From sequence record NC_100371.1: a stretch of 64,000 nucleotides of DNA; one strand, written 5' to 3'. The stretch comes from a phage. Below, piece after piece: positions 25,521-35,470 of the stretch (positions within the stretch are counted from its first letter, which is position 1; every line of letters starts with the position of its first letter). Position numbers and translations under genes: made by a program. The notes beneath the pieces were generated by a model. The model made no database searches and had not been told where the DNA came from. It saw only the letters and a list, made by a program, of their open reading frames with translations.

Positions 25521-27832
25521 TCACCAAGGTAATTAAAAGCAACGGATGTGAAGTGGCATTCGATCCGGAACGTTTAAATAAGGCAGCTATTTTCGGTGAC
25601 GACGGTAACGGCAATTGGTCACATATTGCACTTGATGCATACAAACGGCTGTATGATGGATGCACAACCAAAGAAGTTAACCAAGCTATTATAGACTCCT
25701 GTGTTAGCCGTAAGGACGAAGCACATTCTCGTATGGCTGGTCGTGTTCTTATCGGTCAGATTTATAAAGAGGCTTTTGGAGGATTCACAAAGATCCCTTC
25801 CTTACCATCATTTTACAATACCATGGTTGATAAAGGGTATTGGGAGGATATGGGCTATAGCTTTACCGAGTTAAACACTTTAGACACTGTTATTGATCAC
25901 AGTAAAGACCTTGGTTATGGCTATGCAGTCCTTAAACAGTTTCGAGACAAATACGGGATCAAGGATACTCTTAAAGACACCCTGTTCGAATCTCCACAGA
26001 TGATGTTTATGGGGATAGCGATGGCTGTCATGAAAAATATGCCGAAAGAACGCCGTATTGACGATGTTGTAAAATTATACACTTATCTGTCAGACTTAAA
26101 GATCAATGCCCCGACACCGTACTTAAACGGTCTACGCACAGGCAAGACAGGGTATGCATCTTGTTGTGTAATAAAAGCTGACGATACAGCAAAATCTATT
26201 GGTGTGGCACGTGAAGTTGCATACACAATGACGGTTAACCAAGCAGGTATTGGCTACTATTTATCATCAAGATCTGCAGGTGATGGTGTTCGTGGTAACA
26301 CTATTAAACATATGGGCAAGATTCCATATTATCGAGGTATTGATGCTGGGGTTAAGGAGAACAGACAACAATCACGTGGCGGTTCTGCAACAGTATCATT
26401 CCTTGCACTGGACCCGCAGATTGATGAGCTAATCCGTTTGAGAAACCCTATGACTGTTGCTTCAAAAAGAATCAACACCATGGACTACTCTATAGGTATT
26501 AATAGGTCGTTTATCAACCGTGTGGCTAAGAATTTAGATTGGATGCTTGTTTCTTATAAGCACGCGCCTCAACTGCATGAGGGTATCTTCACCATGTCTA
26601 TGGAGGAGTTTGATGCAGAGGTTGATCGTATCGCTAAAGATGACAGTATTCCTAAAACATGGATCCGAGCTAGAGATCTTGCTGTTGAGCTGATCACTCA
26701 GCGTACCGAGGTTGGAAGGCTGTACGTATACTGGACAGATGAGATGAATAGACATACACCTTTTAAAGATGTAATCTATTCAAGTAACCTGTGTGCAGAA
26801 ATAGCCCTCCCGACAAAAGGCTATTCAGATATGCGTAATATCTTCAAGTACGATGTTGATGATGGCGAAGTTGCATTGTGCTTCCTGTCATCTCTTGTAG
26901 CCGGAAGGGTTACCCCAGAGGAGTATGAGGATGTTGCATACTACACGGTGCTTATGATTGACAATGTTATGGAAATCATGACATATCCGTATGAAAATAT
27001 GGAGAGCACTGTTAAAAAACGCAGATCCATTGGGGTTGGCCTTACTAATGTTGCACATTTTATTGCCAGCCACAAGGTTACTTACGGATCTCCTGAAAGT
27101 AAACAGCTTGTTCACGATCTTGCAGAACTTCACAGCTACAGCTTGCATAAGGCAAGTTTACGATTGGCAAAAGAGCGTGGTGTCTGTGAGTGGATGCATA
27201 AAACAAAATACCCGGAGGGTTGGTTACCAATCGACACCTATAACAAAGAGGTCGATAGTGTGGTGAAAGATCCTTCTCTTAAGCAGGATTGGGAAGGGTT
27301 ACGTAAAGAAATCATTGAAAATGGTGGGCTACGTAATAGCGTTCTTGAAGCATATATGCCTAATGAAAGCTCTTCGCTGGCAACAAACACCACTAACGGG
27401 GTTTATCCTGTCCGTGAACACATTATCTTTAAAAAGTCACCACAAGGGCAGGTGCTGTTTATCGTTCCTGAATATGATGAACTGAAAGAGTATTATACCT
27501 CGGCTTGGGACGTTGATACTAACGACATGATTGATATGTATGCTGTGATTCAAAAATTCACAGGACAGGCAATCAGTGCTGACCTATATATTGATTACAC
27601 CAAGTTGAAAGATGGTAAAATTTCAATGAAAGAGCAGCTGGGGTATCTTATCCGTGCTACTAAATTCGGGATGAAGACATGGTATTACTTAAACTCTCGG
27701 GTTGGTGCTGGTGACTCTTTGACAGAGGAGCTTCACGCGAAGAAACAGGCTGAAGATGAAACCAGAAAGAACTATCCTTTGATTGCAGATAGTTCAGTTG
27801 AAGATCCGTATTGCGAAAGTTGTGCACTGTAA
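25517..27832 (+). CDS. nrdA: ribonucleotide reductase class Ia alpha subunit
   Basis: 771 aa; N-terminal ATP-cone-like region, catalytic SSNLCAEI, C-terminal cysteine pair YCESCAL; TTG start. Confidence 0.8.
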   Translation: MITKVIKSNGCEVAFDPERLNKAAIFGDDGNGNWSHIALDAYKRLYDGCTTKEVNQAIIDSCVSRKDEAHSRMAGRVLIGQIYKEAFGGFTKIPSLPSFYNTMVDKGYWEDMGYSFTELNTLDTVIDHSKDLGYGYAVLKQFRDKYGIKDTLKDTLFESPQMMFMGIAMAVMKNMPKERRIDDVVKLYTYLSDLKINAPTPYLNGLRTGKTGYASCCVIKADDTAKSIGVAREVAYTMTVNQAGIGYYLSSRSAGDGVRGNTIKHMGKIPYYRGIDAGVKENRQQSRGGSATVSFLALDPQIDELIRLRNPMTVASKRINTMDYSIGINRSFINRVAKNLDWMLVSYKHAPQLHEGIFTMSMEEFDAEVDRIAKDDSIPKTWIRARDLAVELITQRTEVGRLYVYWTDEMNRHTPFKDVIYSSNLCAEIALPTKGYSDMRNIFKYDVDDGEVALCFLSSLVAGRVTPEEYEDVAYYTVLMIDNVMEIMTYPYENMESTVKKRRSIGVGLTNVAHFIASHKVTYGSPESKQLVHDLAELHSYSLHKASLRLAKERGVCEWMHKTKYPEGWLPIDTYNKEVDSVVKDPSLKQDWEGLRKEIIENGGLRNSVLEAYMPNESSSLATNTTNGVYPVREHIIFKKSPQGQVLFIVPEYDELKEYYTSAWDVDTNDMIDMYAVIQKFTGQAISADLYIDYTKLKDGKISMKEQLGYLIRATKFGMKTWYYLNSRVGAGDSLTEELHAKKQAEDETRKNYPLIADSSVEDPYCESCAL

Positions 27833-27840
27833 TTTAAAAA

Positions 27841-27863
27841 AAGGGGCTTCGGCCCCATTTTAG
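27841..27863 (+). terminator. rho-independent terminator (probably partial read-through)
   Basis: GGGGC-TTCG-GCCCC hairpin followed by ATTTTA. Confidence 0.5.
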
Positions 27864-27873
27864 AGGTAGAATA

Positions 27874-28962
27874 ATGGCAGTATTTAATACTGAGAACACT
27901 GCTCATAAAACTGGTGATTATCCGCTGTTTTTAGGACAGCAGATGGGGATGTACGACTCTATTAACAAAAAGTACCCACAGCTGTTTGAACTATACAAAA
28001 AACAAAAAGAACAAGATTGGGCAGAGGACGAAGTAGATTTGTCACAGTCTATTTCGGATTTCGTAACATGCTCAAAGTCAACTTACGATGTAATGGTGCA
28101 GACACTGATGTGGCAATGGGAGGCAGACAGTGTTGCAGCAAGATCTATCATTTGTCTGTTTTCACCATTTATCACTAATAGTGAACTTTTCACCTTGTTG
28201 ATGAAGCAGTCTGAGATCGAGGTTCTTCATGCACTAACTTACTCAGAGATTGTTAGACAATGCCTTCCTAATGCTCGTGAGATTATAGAAGAGATTCAGG
28301 AAAACCAGAACGTGCTAAGCAGGTCTGGAGTTATTGTCAAATATATGCAAGAGCTTGAGGTTATTGGTGCAAAATACCGACTGGATCCTTCCAGTGTTGA
28401 AGAAGATGTTGTACGGAAATGTATCCTTAGAGCACTTTTTGCACTTTTAGCTCTAGAGAGTATTGAGTTTATTGCAAGTTTTGCATGTACGTTCGCAGTA
28501 GCTGAGCAAGGTATTTTTGTTCAAGTTGCACAACTCGTTCAAAAAATTATGCTTGATGAGATGCTGCATTCGAAAGGTGATTTTGCTATCATCGATATCC
28601 TGCTTGATGATCCTACATGGGAGCAAAGCTTTCTTGAGATTAAGGGAGAGTTAAAAGAGATTCTTGACGAAGTACGGATCAAGGAGTACGGTTGGAGTGA
28701 CTATATTTTCAGCGAAGGAAGGGCGATTATAGGGCTTAACTCACCATTACTTAAAGAATGGGTTGACTATAACTGTTCACCGATTTATGATTATTATAAC
28801 ATCGACAAAGACTTTGTGCCGCCAACAAAAGACCCGTTACCGTTTATGCAGGTGTGGATGAAACCTTCACTGCAACAGACGGCTAACCAGGAAATGTCTA
28901 ACACCGACTATCGCGTCAACACAACTGTTAATGACGCTGAAGAAGAAATTTGGGAGTTTTAA
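27874..28962 (+). CDS. nrdB: ribonucleotide reductase class Ia beta subunit
   Basis: 362 aa immediately downstream of nrdA; acidic C-terminal tail; call rests on context and size. Confidence 0.6.
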   Translation: MAVFNTENTAHKTGDYPLFLGQQMGMYDSINKKYPQLFELYKKQKEQDWAEDEVDLSQSISDFVTCSKSTYDVMVQTLMWQWEADSVAARSIICLFSPFITNSELFTLLMKQSEIEVLHALTYSEIVRQCLPNAREIIEEIQENQNVLSRSGVIVKYMQELEVIGAKYRLDPSSVEEDVVRKCILRALFALLALESIEFIASFACTFAVAEQGIFVQVAQLVQKIMLDEMLHSKGDFAIIDILLDDPTWEQSFLEIKGELKEILDEVRIKEYGWSDYIFSEGRAIIGLNSPLLKEWVDYNCSPIYDYYNIDKDFVPPTKDPLPFMQVWMKPSLQQTANQEMSNTDYRVNTTVNDAEEEIWEF

Positions 28963-28965
28963 TAT

Positions 28966-29244
28966 ATGAGCTGTGAAAAATCTTTTTTCATTATCATCTA
29001 CGGTAAGGATAACTGCCCACATTGTGTAAGAGCAAAAGAATTTGCAGCAAGCAAAGGTATACCTTTCGTATACAAGACGCTCGGTGAAGGATACACAAAA
29101 GAAGAGCTTATTGAGAAGTGTAGTCCATTTGTTCCCAGAACGTTGCCTCAGATCTTCTTGGAAAGCAACCTTGATAGTGTCCACATAGGTGGTGCTGACG
29201 ATTTCATCTCTTTTGTTAAGAATGGTTTTGGAGAGAAAAAGTGA
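28966..29244 (+). CDS. glutaredoxin/thioredoxin-like protein
   Basis: CPHC redox motif near the N-terminus; sits between the nrdAB and nrdDG pairs. Confidence 0.6.
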   Translation: MSCEKSFFIIIYGKDNCPHCVRAKEFAASKGIPFVYKTLGEGYTKEELIEKCSPFVPRTLPQIFLESNLDSVHIGGADDFISFVKNGFGEKK

Positions 29245-31364
29245 AAGTTGTAAAACGGGACGGTAGAGAAGAGGTCTATAACGGAGTTAAGGTAATCAAG
29301 GCGGCAGAGTCCGCCTTACTTGAGTCTGGGCATACTGAAGAAGAAGCTTACCGGATCGCTTGTGCGGTTAATGAAGTTGTTGCCAACAATCTACCAACCG
29401 ACCAGTGCACGATCTCTGTAAAAAATATCCATATCCTTGTTGAAGATGCTCTTATGGATATGGGTTTAAAATGTGCAGCCAGAGAATATATCCAGTATAG
29501 ACAGACAAGAGATAATAACAGAGAGGCAGGTGGAAAACTGCTTGCAGATATTAGTGGCTTCTTGGATCGAACTTGTGATGAATTTACAAAAGAAAACGCA
29601 AATAAGCCCACTAATCATGTACATACTCATCGTGACCTGCTTGCAGGTATCCTTAGCAAACACCTTGCATCAACACAGATACTGCCAGATCGTGTCTCCG
29701 AAGAGCACAACAAGGGATTCATCCATGTGCATGATCTTGACTATCTGATCAGTCCGTTAACAAACTGCTGTTTGGTGAATTATCCGGATATGCTGGAAAA
29801 CGGATTCAACATTGGCAACGCCCATGTCAGTAAGCCGAAGTCAATAGGGGTTGCAACAACAATCCTCAGCCAAATCTCTAGTGCAGTAGCTAGTGCTCAA
29901 TATGGTGGTCAGACCATGAGCCATATTGATCATTATCTGGCGCAGTATGCTGAAGCAACCTATGAGAAGAATCTTAAATTTTGTCAGGAACATTGGTTGC
30001 CGGATGCTGAGACTGTTGCAATGCAAATGACGGATAAAGACGTGTTTGATAGTATGCAAACTTTGCTATACCAAATCAATACGTTAACTTCTGTCAACGG
30101 GCAAACCCCATTCATCACATTAAGTTTAGGACTGGATACCTCAATCTTTGGTAGAATGATTACCAAAAACTACCTGAAAGTCCACAAAATGGGTCTTGGT
30201 GAAGAACGTATCACACCTGTGTTCCCTAAGGTGCTGTTCTTCCTGGAGGAAGGTATCAACATGAACCCCGGGGATCCTAACTATGATTTGAAACGATTAG
30301 CTCTGGAATGCTCTGCAGAGCGGATTTATCCTGACTTCGTATCTGTACCACTAAATAGAAAAGTGACAGGTTCAACAGAAGGTAATGTCACAAGCATGGG
30401 TTGCCGGAGTTTTCTTAGCAAATACAATGACTTGGAAACAGGAGAGGAGAAATACCTTGGCAGATTTAACTTAGGTGTTGTTAGCCTTAACCTACCAATG
30501 ATTGCGGCAAAAGCTAAAACGGAAGGTGTTGATTTCTTTGCAGTTCTTGACGAGTACTTGGATCTGGCATACGAGGCTCACCTTGTAAGGGTTAACCGTC
30601 TAAAAGGAACAAAGGCAGGGCAGAACCCCATCATGTGGTGTGAAGGAGCTCTTGCTCGCCTGGATCCTGAAGAGAGTATTGATAAACTCTTCTATGACGG
30701 GTATGCTTCCATAAGTATTGGATATATTGGTGTGTATGAAACCTGCCAGATTTTAGGCAGAGAGGGAGACAAGTCCTTAGCTCTTGGGATCCTTCAGCAC
30801 ATGAAAGACGCTTGTGATCGGTACAAAAAAGAAAGTGGTCTGGCATTCAGCTTGTACGGCACTCCTTCAGAGAGCTTGTGCTATAAGGCTGCAACATGTC
30901 TAGATCGTGAATATCCTGAAGTGTTGAAGCACGAGCACGAATACCTTACCAACAGTTTCCACCAGCCCGTGTGGATCAATAGCTCACCTTTTGACAAGTG
31001 GAAGTATGAGGAAGGTTTTGCTATGATCTCTTCTGGCGGTAACATTGGATACATAGAAACACCTAACCTGAAAAACAACCTGGATGCTTTGGAATCCCTT
31101 GTCGATTTCGGGTATAAACACATTATGTATTTTGGTATTAACCAACCTGTGGATAAATGTCTTAAGTGCGGATTCTCTGGTGAGTTCAGTGCAACAGCTA
31201 AAGGCTTTGTATGCCCAGAGTGCGGAAACCATGAAGAGGGAACGATCAGTGTGATTAGACGTGTATCTGGGTATCTGTCCAGTCCAAACTCCCGACCTTA
31301 CAACAAAGGTAAGCAAGCGGAAGTTATAGAACGGGTTAAGCACTACGGAAGCTGTGGTTGCTGA
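29241..31364 (+). CDS. nrdD: anaerobic ribonucleotide reductase (class III)
   Basis: 707 aa; C-terminal glycyl-radical motif RRVSGYLSS and Zn-ribbon CLKCGF...CPECG; GTG start. Confidence 0.75.
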   Translation: MKVVKRDGREEVYNGVKVIKAAESALLESGHTEEEAYRIACAVNEVVANNLPTDQCTISVKNIHILVEDALMDMGLKCAAREYIQYRQTRDNNREAGGKLLADISGFLDRTCDEFTKENANKPTNHVHTHRDLLAGILSKHLASTQILPDRVSEEHNKGFIHVHDLDYLISPLTNCCLVNYPDMLENGFNIGNAHVSKPKSIGVATTILSQISSAVASAQYGGQTMSHIDHYLAQYAEATYEKNLKFCQEHWLPDAETVAMQMTDKDVFDSMQTLLYQINTLTSVNGQTPFITLSLGLDTSIFGRMITKNYLKVHKMGLGEERITPVFPKVLFFLEEGINMNPGDPNYDLKRLALECSAERIYPDFVSVPLNRKVTGSTEGNVTSMGCRSFLSKYNDLETGEEKYLGRFNLGVVSLNLPMIAAKAKTEGVDFFAVLDEYLDLAYEAHLVRVNRLKGTKAGQNPIMWCEGALARLDPEESIDKLFYDGYASISIGYIGVYETCQILGREGDKSLALGILQHMKDACDRYKKESGLAFSLYGTPSESLCYKAATCLDREYPEVLKHEHEYLTNSFHQPVWINSSPFDKWKYEEGFAMISSGGNIGYIETPNLKNNLDALESLVDFGYKHIMYFGINQPVDKCLKCGFSGEFSATAKGFVCPECGNHEEGTISVIRRVSGYLSSPNSRPYNKGKQAEVIERVKHYGSCGC

Positions 31365-31427
31365 TACTTGACAAAAGCCACAAGGATGTGGCATATTGTT
31401 GTTACACAGTAAACTAGGAGGTGCAGT

Positions 31428-31544
31428 ATGTCGTCAGGTATTTATAAAATTTGCAAGTGTGGTTGTCATTGCAATCTTCGTTGGTGCAAGGCACTGGATG
31501 ATTTTATTTGGCATTGTCCTAAATGTGATGCGGAGTACTTATGA
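31428..31544 (+). CDS. small Cys-rich zinc-ribbon-like protein
   Basis: 38 aa MSSGIYKICKCGCHCNLRWCKALDDFIWHCPKCDAEYL; strong AGGAGGTG RBS; stop overlaps the nrdG start. Confidence 0.45.
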   Translation: MSSGIYKICKCGCHCNLRWCKALDDFIWHCPKCDAEYL

Positions 31545-32014
31545 ATATTGTCGGATACACAGAAATATCCTACACCGAAGGGCCAGGTCTCAGGACGGCC
31601 TTGTGGGTATCTGGGTGCCCACACGCTTGTCCTGGTTGCTTTAATCAAGCATTTTGGTCCAAAGATAAGGGAAGAGAATTCACCGAAGAAGATTTGCAGA
31701 GAATTTTGTCAGATTTGGACAATGAATCTATATGCGGTATTTCTTTGCTTGGTGGAGAGCCTTTGGCTACGTATAATGAGCCCGGTATTATTAAACTTAT
31801 GAGGAGAATTAAGGAAAAGTTTGGTGACAAGAAAACTATTCTTGTGTATACTGGGTTCACATTTGAGCATATCTCTAGTGATGTTCTTGAGCTGGCTGAT
31901 ATCATCATTGATGGCAAGTATGTAAAAGATTTACCAACAAAGAAATCATTCCGAGGCAGCGATAACCAAAGAATGTTTAAAAAGGTAGCAGGCGGTTGGG
32001 TTCAGGTTGACTAA
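31541..32014 (+). CDS. nrdG: anaerobic ribonucleotide reductase activating protein (radical SAM)
   Basis: CPHACPGC (Cx3Cx2C) radical-SAM cluster motif; about 157 aa. Confidence 0.7.
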   Translation: MNIVGYTEISYTEGPGLRTALWVSGCPHACPGCFNQAFWSKDKGREFTEEDLQRILSDLDNESICGISLLGGEPLATYNEPGIIKLMRRIKEKFGDKKTILVYTGFTFEHISSDVLELADIIIDGKYVKDLPTKKSFRGSDNQRMFKKVAGGWVQVD

Positions 32015-32017
32015 TCG

Positions 32018-32047
32018 TTGACAAAGCTTTGGTAAGTTGGTTATAAT
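32018..32047 (+). promoter_or_regulatory. sigma70-like promoter
   Basis: TTGACA-N18-TATAAT. Confidence 0.55.
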
Positions 32048-32076
32048 TATCGTAATGAAAGCAGAGGAGGTGCCAA

Positions 32077-32190
32077 ATGGCTAAAAAAGCCTTGAAGAAG
32101 GCGTACAAGAAAGAGATTGCGCTTGAGCTTAAGAAAAAACACAAGCGTGAAAAGAAATATCATGAAGATGTAGAGGGGGTGCAACAGTGA
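32077..32190 (+). CDS. small basic protein
   Basis: 37 aa MAKKALKKAYKKEIALELKKKHKREKKYHEDVEGVQQ; GAGGAGG RBS. Confidence 0.4.
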   Translation: MAKKALKKAYKKEIALELKKKHKREKKYHEDVEGVQQ

Positions 32191-32537
32191 CACAAGAGCG
32201 TATTGATTTAGCCAGTAAGTTTGTAGATCTCATTTTGCCACGGTTGGTTACTCAACATGCAGACGCTATTTCTACTAATCTTGATGGCTTACGCCTAATG
32301 CTGAACCGAACAGATGACCCACGTATTCGGGCCGATTTAGAGGCCTCTGCCAACAAACTGGAAAAGTTCTTGCAAGTAGACACGCAAGAAGCCTTGCACA
32401 AGATTATGGTGGAAGGTTTCTCTAAAGAATTCACCGTTAAAGAGCTTAAGGAGCTGATCCGCCAAGAAGAGATGAATATCCGAGTTCAGGCTGTTGCAAG
32501 CAGCATGGAAGCGGCTATTGAAAAACTGTTGCAGTAA
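32187..32537 (+). CDS. hypothetical protein
   Basis: 116 aa, GTG start overlapping the upstream stop. Confidence 0.4.
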   Translation: MTQERIDLASKFVDLILPRLVTQHADAISTNLDGLRLMLNRTDDPRIRADLEASANKLEKFLQVDTQEALHKIMVEGFSKEFTVKELKELIRQEEMNIRVQAVASSMEAAIEKLLQ

Positions 32538-32575
32538 AAGTCCTTGACACATCTCAATCTGAAAGGAGTCCCAAC

Positions 32576-33364
32576 ATGGGTCGAGCTAAAGAAACAAAAC
32601 GCATGCGTGATGAAGCCAGAGAGGCTCGCAAATCTGATCGCCTGCGTAAGGCTGCTGAGAAATTTGCTGACGAACGAGAGCACACAGCTCCAGCTCTCCG
32701 ACCAATGAACAAAAAGCAGCAAAAGTATCTTGATTATCTAGGATCGCGTAAGATTATTATTGTAAACGGTGTGTTTGGATCCGGTAAGACATTCATGGCA
32801 TCCGCATATGCAGGTGATCTTTTGCGTAAGAACGAGATTGATAAGATCATTGTTGCACGCCCTTACGTTCAGACAGGAAAGACTTCAGGGTTTAAACCTG
32901 GAAACGCAATGCAGAAACTGTGGCCCTATCTCCGAAGCATGATGGACACGATTTGTCGTCGTGTTGGCAAAGGTGCTTTTGCCGCAATGCTGGGAGATGG
33001 TCAGAACAGTCGTATCGAGATCTGTGAAGTTGAAAGCATTCGTGGTCGTAGTTTCGATGAGCGGTGCTTTGTCCTAATTGACGAGGCACAGCAAACTAAC
33101 CCTGAAGAAATGTTGTCAATTATCACAAGGATCTCTGATCAGGCCACACTTGTAATCATGGGTGATAATAGCCAACGTGACATCCCTGGTAAGTCTGGAC
33201 TTGCATGGGTAACGGATTTCTTTACTCGTCATCCAGATCCTGAGGTTGGGATGATTAGCTTTGATAGCCCAGATGATGTCGTTCGTTCCGGGTTGGGTCG
33301 TCAGATTGCACTCAATCTTATCGAGGATCGTGCAAATCATATTTGGACCCCTGTTTCCGAGTAA
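32576..33364 (+). CDS. phoH: PhoH-like ATPase
   Basis: Walker A GVFGSGKT; typical size; AAAGGAG RBS. Confidence 0.65.
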   Translation: MGRAKETKRMRDEAREARKSDRLRKAAEKFADEREHTAPALRPMNKKQQKYLDYLGSRKIIIVNGVFGSGKTFMASAYAGDLLRKNEIDKIIVARPYVQTGKTSGFKPGNAMQKLWPYLRSMMDTICRRVGKGAFAAMLGDGQNSRIEICEVESIRGRSFDERCFVLIDEAQQTNPEEMLSIITRISDQATLVIMGDNSQRDIPGKSGLAWVTDFFTRHPDPEVGMISFDSPDDVVRSGLGRQIALNLIEDRANHIWTPVSE

Positions 33365-33369
33365 TACAG

Positions 33370-33395
33370 AAGGGTGGTTATTCCACCCTTAAATA
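33370..33395 (+). terminator. rho-independent terminator
   Basis: GGGTGG-TTATT-CCACCC hairpin. Confidence 0.5.
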
Positions 33396-33408
33396 TCTAA
33401 AACAATTA

Positions 33409-33437
33409 TTGACAAACAGATAAGTTTTAGGTATTAT
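33409..33437 (+). promoter_or_regulatory. sigma70-like promoter
   Basis: TTGACA-N17-TATTAT. Confidence 0.55.
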
Positions 33438-33462
33438 CGAACAAAACAAGGAGAATGACAGT

Positions 33463-33774
33463 ATGGCTACAATACAAGAGAGACTGAATAAGATATACTG
33501 CCTATTTGTCTATAACGGTGAGACAATTTTGGCAAACAAAGGATACAAGAATGTGTGGATTAAGGACAGCGGTGGTAACATAATCAACTTGGCGCTACTA
33601 CGTGAGCGAAGACACCGATTCTTCACTGAGTCCCGTGTTATTGAAAGCAACACATTTTACAGAACAGGGGATAAAGTAATTGTTGACAATGACACGTGGT
33701 ATGTGGTAGACTGGCAATCGTTGACCTGTGATGCTTCTGACAATTGTAAGTATTCCATGGTAATTGCTAAATAA
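33463..33774 (+). CDS. hypothetical protein
   Basis: 103 aa; AAGGAGAA RBS. Confidence 0.45.
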   Translation: MATIQERLNKIYCLFVYNGETILANKGYKNVWIKDSGGNIINLALLRERRHRFFTESRVIESNTFYRTGDKVIVDNDTWYVVDWQSLTCDASDNCKYSMVIAK

Positions 33775-33835
33775 AGGCAAATGAGAATCAGGTTTAAATA
33801 GATCGCTTTTAACTTTCCAACATTAAGGACCTCAC

Positions 33836-34885
33836 ATGAATTTAACACCTCGCAGCACCATGGTACACGGCATGAAAGAAAAACAGAACGGCTTCGAACC
33901 GATGAGTAATAAAATGTTTGGTATGCCTGGTGGTATTATGGAAACATACAGCTACCCAACGCCAGTTGTTGACCACGTGCTTTATATTGACGATCTTGAT
34001 GATTTGCAGGATCATATGTCCCGTTTGCAAACAATTCGTATGGCACAGCCGGAAGAAAGTATCCGTGTAATTGTTAACAGCCCTGGTGGTTGCGTCCACA
34101 TTGCCATGGCGTATTTGCAGGCATTCCGCGAGTCTCAGGCAAGCGTTGTTGTACACGCTGAAGGAATGTGCTGCTCAGCAGGAACAATCTTATGGCTGGG
34201 TTGCAAAGAACGAACTGTGGCTCCGGACACAGAGTTTATGTTCCACTACTATCAAGGTGGCACCTATGGCAACGGTGTGAACATGAATACTCAGGTCAAC
34301 TACTGGAAGAAACGTTTTGAACGCCTGATCGAAAAATACTACGGTGGGGTTCTGACAGAAGATGAGATCGCATCCATCACGGCTGGTGGGGAAGTGTGGT
34401 TGGATGGAGAAGAGCTGGCAGCTCGAACTGGTGCTATCATTCTGGACGATGAAAACATTCAGCGTATTCAGAATGGGCAGAAACCGAAAAAGCTTTTGGC
34501 AAAAAGTGATGAAGAAGGTGTGCTAGGCGAAGCAGGCCTGCCAGAGATTCACCAATGCACATCTCTGGACGAGCTGGTTCACGCTGTTGAGTCTGCAAAA
34601 GCAAATGGTCTGAAAGGTGATGTTCACACTGTGTTCCTGAATCTGCAGATGGAGAGTGGTGAGACCGTTAAGATTGCACTGGGTGAGATTACCTCGGAAG
34701 ATCTGCAGCGATTCTCTGTGGTAGAGCTTCAGGACATTTTGTCCCAATTGAAAACCACCCTGAACGGAGGTGAAGAAGTTCAGGTTAAAGATAAGACCCG
34801 CAAGCGTCTGGTGGACAATATTATTAAAACAGCAAAAGAGCTCAATGAAAAAATCCTGGGCGCAGGAATTATCGAAGAAGCTTAA
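33836..34885 (+). CDS. ClpP-like serine peptidase with C-terminal extension
   Basis: VNSPGGCVHIAMAYLQ and GMCCSAGT resemble ClpP/S14 signatures; acidic C-terminal extension. Confidence 0.45.
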   Translation: MNLTPRSTMVHGMKEKQNGFEPMSNKMFGMPGGIMETYSYPTPVVDHVLYIDDLDDLQDHMSRLQTIRMAQPEESIRVIVNSPGGCVHIAMAYLQAFRESQASVVVHAEGMCCSAGTILWLGCKERTVAPDTEFMFHYYQGGTYGNGVNMNTQVNYWKKRFERLIEKYYGGVLTEDEIASITAGGEVWLDGEELAARTGAIILDDENIQRIQNGQKPKKLLAKSDEEGVLGEAGLPEIHQCTSLDELVHAVESAKANGLKGDVHTVFLNLQMESGETVKIALGEITSEDLQRFSVVELQDILSQLKTTLNGGEEVQVKDKTRKRLVDNIIKTAKELNEKILGAGIIEEA

Positions 34886-34897
34886 ACATTAATCTTA

Positions 34898-34921
34898 AAG
34901 CCCTCTTCGGAGGGCTTTTAT
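34898..34921 (+). terminator. rho-independent terminator
   Basis: AGCCCTC-TTCG-GAGGGCT hairpin followed by TTTTA. Confidence 0.55.
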
Positions 34922-34936
34922 GATCTGGAGATTTGC

Positions 34937-35470
34937 ATGACTTGTGCTAGAAAACCTGACGAACAACGTAACGCCTATGATGAATATGTGACACCAGAGT
35001 GGTGTGCAGAAGGGTTGTATGACCTCATTCCGTTCCCAGAAGATTGGACCTATTTGGAGCCTTGCAGGAATAGCGCCTCAGGTGTGTTCTACTCCCGTAT
35101 GCCGTTAGGATCTGCATGGGGAGAAATCCAAGAAGGTGTTGACTATCTGAATACAGAATACAACCATGTTGACTGTATTATCACCAACCCGCCGTACAGC
35201 CTGGCTCGTGAGTTTGTGGACAAGGCGTTGAAAGATGCCGACGTAGTTATTATGCTTTTGCGTCTTAATTTTCTGGAAAGCAAGGCCAGATTTGAATGGT
35301 GGCTTGATAATGCCCCTACCACTGTGATCACAATATCTAAGCGTCCATCATTCCAATCGAATGGCAGAACTGACGGGCAAGCATATGCATATTTTGTGTG
35401 GGACAAGAAGAACCGTTTAGACCTACCACCATTTATGTGGTTGGCACCTCCGGAGGCAGACTTGAAATGA
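34937..35470 (+). CDS. DNA N6-adenine methyltransferase, small phage Dam-type
   Basis: 177 aa with ITNPPYS motif IV. Confidence 0.5.
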   Translation: MTCARKPDEQRNAYDEYVTPEWCAEGLYDLIPFPEDWTYLEPCRNSASGVFYSRMPLGSAWGEIQEGVDYLNTEYNHVDCIITNPPYSLAREFVDKALKDADVVIMLLRLNFLESKARFEWWLDNAPTTVITISKRPSFQSNGRTDGQAYAYFVWDKKNRLDLPPFMWLAPPEADLK

